From Carcharhinus longimanus (taxonomy: Eukaryota), in contig JASCQW010000109.1 of the NCBI GenBank assembly GCA_030264375.1, positions 11,273,764 through 11,337,763 of the forward strand: a stretch of DNA of 64,000 bases, written 5' to 3'. The notes under the pieces are model-generated. The model was not told the origin of the DNA. It did no database searches and saw only the letters and a list, made by a program, of their open reading frames with translations. The position numbers and the translations under genes are program-made. This document shows, piece by piece, positions 25,201 through 36,990 of the stretch (its first letter is position 1; each line of letters opens with the position of its first letter).

Positions 25201-26344
25201 TCAGTTTGGGTAGCCTATGCAGCCAATTTGGATCTTGAGTGCGGCCCTTGAGATATTTTCTTGACTGTTGCCCACACGCAGGATTGCAAGACTTCACTGG
25301 TTTCAATCTGCATAGTTTATTTTTCCAACGGCATGACTAACGTGATACGCACATAAAGCAAGGGAACATGAAGTGAAGTGCACGCAGATTACACACAAAT
25401 TGACTATGGGAGCTGTGCACACTCTCTCTGCATCTAGTTGAAACACCTCTTCAGTCAGCACAGCCTGCAAATCTAGATATGCAAGCACAGTTAGCAAATT
25501 TACCCTATGCTGAGAGGCTGTCTTAAGATGAAGGAGGCCCACTTACTAGCCTAGGTTGCCCGTCACTGGACTAGAGACTGAGGAAAGTTGCAACTCCTGA
25601 AATGTTGAGTCAGCTAACTTGGCAGAAACTGGGTTTCAAACTGGGCACCAGGTACTGGCTGCCTGCACTTACTAGGCCATGACATTATATTTTAATAAAG
25701 TATCACTTCCAGTGTCGTGTGAACACTATCTGACTAATCACATCAGGTTAGTGGGAGCCATCACGAATAACACTGATAAATATTCATCACGCCAAGATGT
25801 AAACTTTATATATGTGCTGTCATAGCTCTCTGCTGCTGATGCTTGTATCTTGTGAAGTGAAAGTCTCACAGACTTCCCAAATGTTTGAAAACACATTACT
25901 AAATGGTCTTCTGCCTGAAATGAAATATAGTACATTGAATGAAAAGGGTCAAGGTCTTCAGCTGGCTACCCCCCAAGGTTCAAAGAGACAAGAATGCACA
26001 GAAAGGAATGAAGTTGTGATGCCAATATTTGACTTTAAGAACTCAATGGTCGTGAGAGAAAGAAAAGATAGGAGTACAAGGAGTTCCATGATGTTTGAGA
26101 TCTTGGAAATGAATTAAGAAATGGTGCAAGGAGATAGTGAAAAGGATGGAAGAGCTTCCATTTTGGGTAAAGCTTCCAAAACATAGAAACACTTCTTGCC
26201 AAGAAAATGTTTTTCCCAATACAGTATAAATATCAGAAACTGTTAACTGGACTTGTAGCAGGAACAAAAATGGCAATGTTCCCACTAACTTTCACAATTT
26301 CATAATTTACACAAATGTGATAATCCAATCCAAAAGGGAACTAA

Positions 26345-26440
26345 TGGTTTTTTTAAAATTGCTTCTCGAGATGTGAGTGTCACTGACTAGGCCAGCATTT
26401 ATTGCCCATTCCTAACTGCCCTTGAGAAAGTGGCGGTGAC
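26345..26440 (-). mobile_element. Family-2 SINE or partner-LINE 3' tail
   Basis: gatgtgagtgtcactgactaggccagcatttattgcccattcctaactgcccttgagaa. Confidence 0.7.
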
Positions 26441-27040
26441 ATCAGGAAGAAAGGAAGGAGAGAAATCTAAGAACAGATGAAGGAAAATGAGTGAGAAATA
26501 CAATGATTCACTTGTGGCCGTGTCACTTGCAATGGCACAAATCCTGGGAGAAGGAAGAAAAGTGTTCAGAAAATTTACAGACGCACCTGTCTACAATTGT
26601 ATCAGCCTATGCTGAGTATCTCACTCTCCACACTCAGTCTCCTAACTCATGATCTATTGCATTAGAAAATAATTAAATGCAAAGCATGTATGTGGCAATC
26701 CTTTAGCAATGCTAAAGCAGGGGGCTTTCATACATATGCTAACTATCTGGAGAACAGAGAACTCTGATTTTTGGGAATGCCCTCCCACTCTAACCCACCC
26801 TCATCCCCCCCTGCCCATGTTTGATTTCCTAGAGAGCACTGCTATTCATGAGGTCTGTTGGAAGGAGTGGAACCTTTCTCACTGCCTTTGATCAGTGCTT
26901 TAGTTCCTGATGTCAAGGGAAACTGTCTCCTTTTTATGCTGAATGTCATTAGGTGGGAGAAGTAAAATGCTCTTGCGTCCACTGCCACGTTATTAATATG
27001 CTTAGCACAAAGGAAGATAATTGGGTTCCAACAATTACAG

Positions 27041-27665
27041 TCATCTCAGTCCCAGGACATCACTGTAGGAGTTCCTCAGCTTAGTGTCCTGGGCCCTAAC
27101 ATCTTCAGCTGCATCACCAATGACTTTCTCTTCATCACAAAGTCAGAAGTGGAAATACATGCTAATCATTGCAATTCCTCAGATACTGAAGCAGTTGTGC
27201 CTTTAATCAACAAATCCTGGACAACACTCAGGCATAGGCTGGTAAGTGGCAAGTTACATTTGTGTCACACAAGTGCTGGTCAATGACTCCAACATGAGAG
27301 AGCCTAACTGCCTCCTCGTGGCATTCCATGGCATTACCACCATCAGCATCAACATCCTGAAGATAAACATTGACCAGGAGGTGAACTGAACCAGTCACAC
27401 AAAACTGTGTTCTACAAGAGCAGATCAGAGGATAGGAATTCTGTGGAGAGTAACTCACCTCCAGACTTCCCAAAACTTGTCCACATCTACAAGGCACAAA
27501 TCAGGAGTGTGATGGCATACTCTCCATTTGCCCCTTGGGTGACCCTACACCACATGGACTGTAGCTATTCTAGAAGATGGGTAACTACCACCCTCTTAAT
27601 GACAATTTGGAATAGGCAATAAATGCTGGCCTAGCTGGTGCTGACCATAGTCACCCTAAAATAAA
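27041..27665 (+). mobile_element. 5'-truncated CR1/L2-group LINE, decayed reverse transcriptase C-terminus plus 3' tail
   Basis: Translates as ...DITVGVPQLSVLGPNIFSCITND (decayed GVPQGSVLGP motif at 27068), later KWQVTFVSHKC and IYKAQIRSVMAYSPFA; frameshifted. Confidence 0.85.
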
Positions 27666-28398
27666 ACATCTTTTGAGAGCCATTGGAAAAGTGGACCGTA
27701 ATAGATGAAATATTAAAAAAGAATTGGTATATATTCTGTTCATGAAAGCAGACGATCACAATAAACTTTACATGAAGACAGTGGAGAGTGTGTTTACTCA
27801 TATGGGGAAGTTGCAAATTTGTACAAGAGTAATAGGACATAAGTCATCTTGGTTCTGTTTTAAAAGGTTTTAACTCTTTAGATTCCACCCTCCCCCACAT
27901 CTTGCTTAAATTCAGTGCACGATTACTTCCAGCCTTTGCCATTCTGATGTGCGAAGGCCTGATTTCAGCCAGTGACTGTTTCACTGAAGTATATTTACCA
28001 TCTGTGATGGTTGTAAGATGAGAACCAATGAGGCTGACACCCTAGTGCTGAGGAGGTTTGTCCATCTATTGTTCTGGGAGGGGACTGCTTACCTGCCTCA
28101 GGTGAGTCCTGCTTCACTGCTCATCTTTTACAAAGGCACCTTTTGCCTCCCTAATTACTACCAGCTGTCTAGGGGAAGTGGAAAGTAGTAATTTGCTTAT
28201 ATACAAGTATGGTCTCCTACTAATTCCTACCCTTGACTTGTACTGCAAAAGGCTTGGCAGTAGTTACTTAACCATTATGTGGTTGTTAAATTGTACCTAC
28301 CCTGCTTGTTTAGCACAGGGAGAGAAGGCATCAGTAATTTAAGCCATATGCAGCAATTGTTCTGATTTCTGACTCTCCCTCTTCTCCCCTTCCTGCAG

Positions 28399-28467
28399 TC
28401 GCTGCTGTGACAAGAAAAGTTGTGGCAACAGGAATGAGACACCATCGGACCCAGTAATAATTGACAG
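28399..28467 (+). CDS. EBF1: EBF/COE coding exon 6 (69 nt), second half of zinc knuckle
   Basis: Long pyrimidine tract then ctgcag|T; encodes [22 protein letters not shown](R); donor |gtacga. Confidence 0.97.
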
Positions 28468-30562
28468 GTACGAACAATTGTTTGCTCTTGATTATTGTGT
28501 GACACCTGCCCTGTCCGCAAGTGGTGCTGGTACATTGGCTTGTGGTCGTATGTGTACGTGCGGGTGTGTTTTATCTCGGACATGAATGAACGGCTGGTCT
28601 CGCTTGTCCTGTTTCGGGTTCTGCAATTGTGTGATTCACTTGTGAAAGGCTGGGAAATTTACGGGTGTTTTTTGTCCCTCTTGTTGACTCATCATAATGA
28701 GGAAATCCTCTCTGCTTGCATCTTAGTGATTCTCCCGTTCTGTGGTTTAACAAATGTACTGCATCAGGCAACTGATTACATTCATATATAGATATATATG
28801 TATATCCATTCATACAGTATATATGAAACCTACTACCTTGCGGTTCTGAGTGGCTGGAAATCAGACAGGCAAGAAGTGAAGAATTTAGAATTTCCAGATG
28901 AGCTTTTTTCAGTTTTGTGCTGGACCTTGTTAGAGGAAGCATCATATACAATTGGAACCTTCTTTGCAGATGGTTCAAATAATTAAAGTACTGCAAGTGT
29001 GGGACTGAGCCACTCAATCCTCAGTCTGTGTCAGCTTAGCATGGCTTTGGCCAGAATTGCAACACTGCAGTTGGCCTCTGTGTCCCTGAGATGTGCGCAG
29101 GAGTGAAGATCAACCAGGATCCTTGCTTCTGATGGCCAAGCAAGTGATTTATACTGGAGGGGGGGCGAACTTGAATAATACCGGCTGAGGGTCTGGCCTG
29201 GCTGATGGCAGTGATGGCTTCCATGTCAAATTGCCTTTCAGCAACTGCACACAAGAAGCAGGCACTCGGGCAAGGTAGAGTAAAGCACCTCCTAGGAAAC
29301 TGTGCTTCGACATTGGTCAGCACTTTCAGGGAGGATAAGAGAACAAAAATGGATGGATTGCGAGAAAAAGGAACATAACCTTTTGAAAGATGAAACAGCA
29401 CTTTCAGATTGTGTCATTATTATAAGATTGAAGAGCAGGATGACCTATTTGTTGCAGCAAGTAGAGATGGATCCCATGTATTTGCTGTGTTGTTTTATCA
29501 TATGCACTAAGCACAGGTAAAGCCAGAATTGAAGGTTTCACTTCAGTGGAGTATTATTGAGAATGTCTGTATACACTCTGGGTGCATGTATAGGCTGACA
29601 CATTAATAGCTGTTACTGCTGTATTACTGCCAAGTAAAGGCAGGCTTCACTTCTTTTGCCCAGTGTTTGTTTTAAAAATAACAAAGGCACAATATGGCAG
29701 GATGGTGACTCTTTACACTGACAAGGCTGGGTGGTCCAGTCAGCATTTGGGAAACTGCTTTGTCTCCCATTCATTTGGTTCAGTATTCAGCTGATCAATG
29801 GATGCCCATGAGCAATGCCAACCTGATGGAGACTGTGCCTACATCTGCCAGCTAAGTGCCGCTGCTTTCTATCTTAGGGTGGGCGTTGGTATCTTCAGAG
29901 GTACCACCAACATCACATTCATGTTCCATCCAAACCTGGGGCTGAAGGTGCAGTAAGGTGGATATTTTCCCTTTGGTGAAAATCTTAGGCAGAACAACTC
30001 GAAAGGGAATGTATTCTCACTTGTTGAGGAGACTGTCAACATTCATGTTGTACAATTGTGAACTGTTTAGCAGTTGAGTAATGGAGTTGCTTGGTCCACC
30101 AAAGTCTGTAAGTTTTCCTTGCAGTCCAACCTGAGTTTTCTCAGTCGCCTCAAAGTTAGATTCCCTGGTAGATAGGCAGGCCTGTGCCACATTCAGTATA
30201 CTTTCCTGTTTTCATCATCATTTGCTGAGGAAGATACAGCGATGCAGACTGACTTCCCACTCCATCCACCATCTATGAATTTCTTTGGGATTCTCATGGA
30301 ATAAATTGATTGCAGTGATACAACTACATAGAATCCTGCCTAGGGCTGAAATCTCTCAATTTCTCACATGGAAAGACACATGGGGGGAGGAAGGAATAGA
30401 CAGGACTAGAAGGGTGTTTGGCAGGGCTCGATGAAGTAATGGGACTTGTATCAGTTGGGCTGAAGGTCTGTTTCTGCTTTGCAGATTCTATGTAACGTAA
30501 CCCGAGCACATCATAAATGAGAATATACCATTGTTGGGATGTACAAACAGAGGCTCTAAGTA

Positions 30563-30897
30563 TGGTGGCACCGTGGTTAGCACTGCTGCCTCACAGCACC
30601 ATGGTCTCCCTGGTTCAATTTCAGCCTTGAGTCACTATCTATGTGGAGTTTGCACATTCTCCCCATGTCTGCGTGAGTTTCCTCTGGCTGCTCTAGTTTC
30701 TTTCCACAGTCCAAAGATGTGCAGGTTAGGTTGATTGGCCACGCTAAGTTGCCCCTTAGTGTTTGGGTAATGTCAGTGTAGGACTAACAGGGTAAATACA
30801 TGGAGTTATGGGGATAGGACCTCAGTGGGATTGTGGTCAGTGCAGGCTCGTTGGGCTGAATGGCCTACTTCCGCAGCGTAAGGATACTGTTATTCTA
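30563..30897 (+). mobile_element. HE1-type tRNA-derived V-SINE, near full length (tail A)
   Basis: A-box tggcaccgtggttagc, B-box-like ggttcaatttc, V-domain gtggagtttgcacattctccccatgtctgcgtgagtttcctc, CR1-like tail gggctgaatggcctacttc. Confidence 0.9.
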
Positions 30898-33800
30898 AGT
30901 ATCTTGGCCAGGAAGGAAGGGCAGCCTGTGGTGTCCTTGGCTGAGCCAGGCAGCCTGTTACATTTACCACAGGCTAGAGGTAAAGTGAGGGTGAAAAGTT
31001 AAATTCTCTGAAGCTGACACCAGCAGCTACAGCACTGGGAACAGAAAGGTGTGGCAAATACTTTATCCCAATGCTTGGTGTAGGATTTTGACATAAAATT
31101 TCCACCTCTGGGAATTGTCTCGGGGCTCATGGAATCTCAACTGTGAGTTGGCCGGCGAGTTATTGGCAGGTACAGACAGAGTTTGGCACTATTTGACTGG
31201 ATCTGCTGCCCTGGCAGTGTAATTTAGGCTTTAGATCACTGGGGTGCACTGCAGCTGAGAAAAAAAAAAGCCAACTAGTTATTAACAAAATGGAGTTTGT
31301 TCTTCTTTTAGTGGAAAGCTCAAAAAAGACAGAGACAGAATGTGAACAAACTTGGCCAAGGATTGAAGTAACTTTCCAACTACAAGAACACCTCAACTGT
31401 GGGTTATGAAGATTAGGCAGGGCACTCACCATTCAAACAGGGCACCTCTCTTTCAGAACAGTTACAGATCTATTCCTGTCTCAGGCTGGTTGAAGTGGCC
31501 TCCATCTCTCCGCCCATTCCTCTTCCATTCCTTGTATTCTGTCAAATGTTGTTATACAATGCAAGCGCTGGTTGTGAGGATATGTGGAGACGCAGGGGTT
31601 TGATGGGTGAAGGAGTGTGAGGCGACGGTGGGGGGAGCGGTGGGGGTGAGGAAGCATCTCCCTTCATTTACCTTACAGAAATGGATGACCTTACAATGGT
31701 GCAATATCTGTAAATCTGTAACTTCATAAGATCGGNNNNNNNNNNNNNNNNNNNNNNNNNNNNNNNNNNNNNNNNNNNNNNNNNNNNNNNNNNNNNNNNN
31801 NNNNNNNNNNNNNNNNNNNNNNNNNNNNNNNNNNNTCATAAGATCGGTTGCAGGTAGTTGAGGTCAGCACGCTGAGCAGCTTCCTGAGGGGGTGGGGGGG
31901 AGATTTGAATGCCTGCCATCACCACATCTTGTCACATGGGTGCGGTAGATCTCCGAATGGATGTGGGAGTCCAAATGACAGGGACATAGGCCAATCTGTC
32001 ACTTCTACAAAGAATATGGAGACCTGGGCATCCCTGGGTAATTCTGAGCCTGATTGAGGGGTTTAACACTATCAATAATCGATCTTTGCTACCTCCCTCA
32101 TCCCCAATTCACTGCCATGAGATTTCAGGCTCCCACTGGCTGCTGTTTATTAATGCTCCAACTGTTTCCATTTCAATGTCGATTTAGTTTGACTCTACTT
32201 TGACTCAGTGTGGACAGAGTGTTAGTACTGGTCATCGATCTATGATGAGGGATTTATATTGAATTGCTGTGAACTTTGTATGGTGTATAACTGTAGTAGG
32301 GTCTGAGCTGTCTACAGATATGTATATTCATAGATATTTGGATGGACGGTTTGAATCCCTCTCTTTTGGCTTGATGTTACCTGACTCTTTCTGCATGGCA
32401 GTATTAGCACATTTTGCATTTTCACAGGATGAGAACAGAGTTTCTTCCTGGCTCCGGGAACTGAATTAAAATCAGGAACAATGAACATGATATGGCTGGC
32501 TGTGCTCTCATGGTTGCATTCATGTGGGCAATTGTTCTTAGTTCTGTCTCTGAACCCCACCCTCCCCTTGAGAACAAGATTGCCAAATAGCCCCTCGTAC
32601 CAAATTTGACACTGTACCCCATCCAGTGTCAAATCCAGATTGTGTGCAATGGCATCTCTCCATATACTTGCTATTTTTGTGCCACTTTCTCAACAACATG
32701 ACCTTGCAGTGTAAGCTACACAGCATAAAACAGGCAAATATTTTGTGTGTGGGATTTTAAAAAGTATATTAGCAATACATGTTTACACTGTACCCAAAAG
32801 CTCAATCATTATGTAATAAATCTAAGTCAATGTTATAGGCATCATCCATTCTGGAATAAACTAAAAGATTTGTTACCTGGCATGGGATACTCCTTTTTTT
32901 CAACTTCCCTGCTGAAGGCCTTTGTCCCTTTGGGGTCTTGGTCTCACAGGCACTGGGCAGCTCTGCAGCACTTCACCAACTCTTCATGTAGCCAGTACCT
33001 CTGGGTGCCAGCCAGGGAATCACTGGGCACTGGGCAGATGCAGGCAGCTCAGGTTCACTGAAACCAGCTGCAGTGTTGCTGTTGTCTTGCATGAAATCAT
33101 TGATCAGTGGCTGCTCCATCTCGTTACTGATCAGAATGAGCTCCATCCTTTAAGTCCTTTTCATATGGATATGACGGAAGTTTATCCAAGATATGTTAAA
33201 TGCAACATTTTTTAACCTAATTTAAACAGCCCTCTTCGGCAATAAGAAATTAGTAGAAGGGGAGGAGAACAATGTGTATTATCATTCCTGCAAAGAGATC
33301 ACATGCAAGTGCTGGAATTCCTCATCATTTTCATCGCGGATCTTTGACAGACGAGGAAAGCTTTTGCTGATGACCTCCAGTTCACGCAAACAGCAGCCCT
33401 CTTTACAGCATGCCATCAATAGACACAGTGTAAGAAGAAATGTTTGCTGACTTATCTCCCGCAAATCACTGGCACTATGAACATTGGATGGAGATGATGC
33501 CAGGATGGAAACAATTAACACAGATTGCCCGGTTTAGCTGAGAAAAGCTTGTTTGTTTAAAAAAAATCCTAGTGACGTTCAAACTGGATTTTATGTGAAC
33601 TGCATGGGATAATTGCAAAGAGGGTATAATTTTTATAATGTATCCTAGTAAATTTGGTACTGTGAGAAGTTATGAATGAAATCCAGAGATTGAGGTATAA
33701 CGAGAGACAGATTTTTAAGTTCAGCTTCTCCAGACCTCTCTGGTGAATGATATGGTGAGAAAACAACTCTGAGTGATTAGTGATGTGTGTGCACTCTGAG

Positions 33801-34377
33801 TATCTGGATTGGGTTACCTGTTTTGAATTAGTGGTGCTCCTATTGTTCCTGATGAGCCCTTGCCCCAGTAGGATAATTAAACTCTTCCTAAGCCTCGGCT
33901 AACCCTGCCAATTTAAATGCGATTGCATGCAGAAAAAAGCTGATGTTGTGGCTCACTGTTTATTTTGCCAGGAATGTCACGAGAGCTGCCAGGATGTTGA
34001 CCCTCGATGCATTAGTAACCTATCCATTGCCAACAGTTTTCAATATTTGTCTCCGTGCCAGGGCTTTATGGCATTTTTTTTTCATTTAGTGAGGGAGAGG
34101 GAGCAAAGGGAAAAGATTGAAGGAGCCATTTTTGTGTGTTTTTTTTCTCGCAGAGCTTGCTTATTTTTTGTAATAATTTTCCCATTGTCTGAGTTGGATG
34201 AGCTGTGCCAAAGGGATGCAATATTTTGTAAGATGGGACACAATAAGACTTCCTTTTAATTTGTGGCTTGTGCATTTTGTGCTGAAGATGGTGCTATTTT
34301 AAGGACTATTTGATCATGGGATTTTCAAAGCTGTTTGCTATCGTAAATTCTTCTCTTCTCACATGGTAGGCCTTGTT

Positions 34378-34620
34378 TATGGTTACTAACCCAGGTTTGG
34401 TGTATTCCTGGAGGTTTCATCATCTGGCTACCGGCAACCAATACACCATCCAGTAAAACAAGTTTTCCCCTGTCTCCAACATTTTTATATGTAATAAATG
34501 GAAGTATTCAAAGAAAATGCCCCAATGATTTTTCTCCAAGGTTGCTTGCAGCAGTGTCCAAGAGATTAATTTTCAATTCCTGGAGTCACCAGGGTCATCC
34601 TGGAAGGTTGGCAACCCTAG
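34378..34620. mobile_element. hAT-like MITE (TAGGGTTGCCAAC-type end)
   Basis: Right end cctggaaggttggcaaccctag, decayed left end ggttactaaccc; the same terminal sequence occurs at 37850-37920 and, inverted, at 45005-45070. Confidence 0.6.
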
Positions 34621-34690
34621 CCTTGCTTAATTTTTTAGTGGTTAACTACACAATCAGGCTAGGGAGATTCCAGATCTTGAGGCAGAATTC

Positions 34691-35062
34691 AGGATTGGTG
34701 GTGTCATAATGGTATTGTCAATGAACTACTAATCCAGAAACCCAGGGTAATGTTCTTGGGACCCAGGTTCAAATCCCACCATAGCAGAGCCATTTAAACT
34801 CCATAAAGTATCTGGAATTTAAAGTATGTTGCTGACCAATAAGCCGTTGTCGATTGTTGTAAAATCCCATCTGGTTCACTAACGTTCTTTAGGAAAGGAA
34901 TATTGCCGTCCTTACCTGGTCTAACCTACATGTGACTCCAGATCCACAGCAGACCTTAAATGCTCTCTGGAAGCCACTCAATTCAACGAACATTCAATTA
35001 GAGATGGGCAAGAAATGCTGGCCCAGCCAATGACGCCCCCATCCCTTGAATGAAGAAAAAAA
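34691..35062 (+). mobile_element. Family-2 tRNA-like SINE, near full length
   Basis: ctactaatccagaaacccagggtaatg...ggttcaaatcccacc (B-box)...catctggttcactaacg...caattagagatgggcaagaaatgctggcccagccaatgacgcccccatccc plus A-rich end. Confidence 0.8.
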
Positions 35063-35239
35063 TCAGGGTCTGACACTTCCCTGCAATGCTTCCACCCACC
35101 CCAGGAATGGAAGCAAAAAAATCCTTCCTGGTTCCCATAAGGGAATGAGGGAAAATCTGACAGTGAGAAAAGGCAGCACAAGAGTTCACCCACTTTGGCA
35201 GAAAAGCAGCATAAACCCTGGTGAAATGGCACATGCTGA

Positions 35240-35705
35240 ATCTTAGAATGATTACAGCAGAGGAAACCATTCAACCCATCATATCTGTGCTGGCTCTCTG
35301 CAAGAATAATTCACTTGATGCTATCCTCTGCTTTTTCTCTGTAGCCCTGCAAATTTTCTCTCTTAAAATGAATGTTTTTCCTCATGTTGCCATTGCTTCT
35401 TTTGCCAATAACCTTAAATCTATGTCCTCTGGTTCTCGATGCTTTCAACAAGGGAAACCATTTCGCCCTCCCTACCCTGTCCAGTTCCCTCATAATTTCA
35501 AATGCCTTGATCAAATCTCCTATTAATTTTCTCTTCTCCAAGGAAAAAAGTCCCAGCTTCTCAAATCTATCTACTTAACTGAACATCCTCAACTCTAGAA
35601 CCATTCTTATGAGTCTTTTCTGTACCTTCTGTAATACCTTCACATTGCATCTATAGTGTGGTGCCAAGAAGTGGACACCATATCCCAGTGGTGTTTTATA
35701 ACAGG
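35240..35705 (-). mobile_element. CR1 (HER1-like) LINE 3' fragment
   Basis: Minus-strand ORF 35311-35541 LIGDLIKAFEIMRELDRV...SRTRGHRFKVIGKR is the CR1 ORF2 C-terminal signature. Confidence 0.85.
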
Positions 35706-36769
35706 TCCATCAGGCCTATTGTTTGCATTTTTTCTATGATACTCAGATCTCACCCTTTGGAAAATTCCCCCTTACAGTCGAGACTAGGAATACCCAGTGG
35801 TGCTTTGTTGGGGACTGGCCCATCTACACCATGGCAGCAGGCTAGAAATGAGCCGTCAAGACACAATGAACAGTGGCCTTCTCTAGGGCCACAGATCAGC
35901 AGGGCACTGGAACACAGGAAGCCTCCTGGCCTGAATATGTAAGCGCAACCCTGTCCATGCTTGCACATGAAGAATGAACACACATGGTGGCCCCCACTGG
36001 TGCAGTATCCCAGGCTGAAGGAATGGGATATTTGACTGACCTTGCCTTGGGGCTTGGGTCAAGAGAAAGAGGCTATTAGGAAAAGCCAGTCTATCCAAAG
36101 CACTAAATCCTGCATATTACTATTACCTTGAAGAGACCAATAACTTTTACACCACTCTGTAAAAGCTGCTAGCACATTGCCATTCCAAAGGGTTTATTAG
36201 ATTTTTTGTTACACAGGTANNNNNNNNNNNNNNNNNNNNNNNNNNNNNNNNNNNNNNNNNNNNNNNNNNNNNNNNNNNNNNNNNNNNNNNNNNNNNNNNN
36301 NNNNNNNNNNNNNNNNNNNNNNNNNNNNNNNNNNNNNNNNNNNNNNNNNNNNNNNNNNNNNNNNNNNNNNNNNNNNNNNNNNNNNNNNNNNNNNNNNNNN
36401 NNNNNNNNNNNNNNNNNNNNNNNNNNNNNNNNNNNNNNNNNNNNNNNNNNNNNNNNNNNNNNNNNNNNNNNNNNNNNNNNNNNNNNNNNNNNNNNNNNNN
36501 NNNNNNNNNNNNNNNNNNNNNNNNNNNNNNNNNNNNNNNNNNNNNNNNNNNNNNNNNNNNNNNNNNNNNNNNNNNNNNNNNNNNNNNNNNNNNNNNNNNN
36601 NNNNNNNNNNNNNNNNNGTACCCCGGATGGACATTCCACTGCCCTCCACTCTGAGAACGTACTAATCAATTACCACCACTTGGAGCATTAAATGGTTGAG
36701 AGGCAGTCGGTTTTGATGCAAATACGTTCACTGCCAACTCTTCAGGTGGTAAGAAGGGAAACCTCACTA

Positions 36770-36990
36770 CCCGAAAAAGTCCTGTCCCGCGTTTCCATGT
36801 ACAAGTGAGTGTTGACATGGGATGAAATTCTTCAATCTCATCCATGGCTGCCCTGCTGCAAGTGAAAATGGAGAATTTGGTATTCCAGCCAAAACTCCAT
36901 TCACTTTCAACGGCACCAGAGAAACCAGCCACGAATGAGGATGGAGATTTTCGGCAAAGGTATCTGTCAGGGATATTACAACCCAATCTT
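36770..36990. mobile_element. Decayed MITE (GG..GAATT-type ends)
   Basis: ggagaatttggtattccagccaaaactccattcactttcaacgg is the inverted relative of 48900-48955. Confidence 0.45.

Noticed and set aside
30563-30640. tRNA-like A/B boxes
   Set aside because: These are heads of tRNA-derived SINEs continuing into V-domains; no intact cloverleaf
31724-31847. Direct repeats flanking 100-N gaps (also 37541-37682, 40916-41063, 42969-43130)
   Set aside because: The same sequence on both sides of fixed-size gaps indicates contig overlap artefacts, not TSDs or att sites
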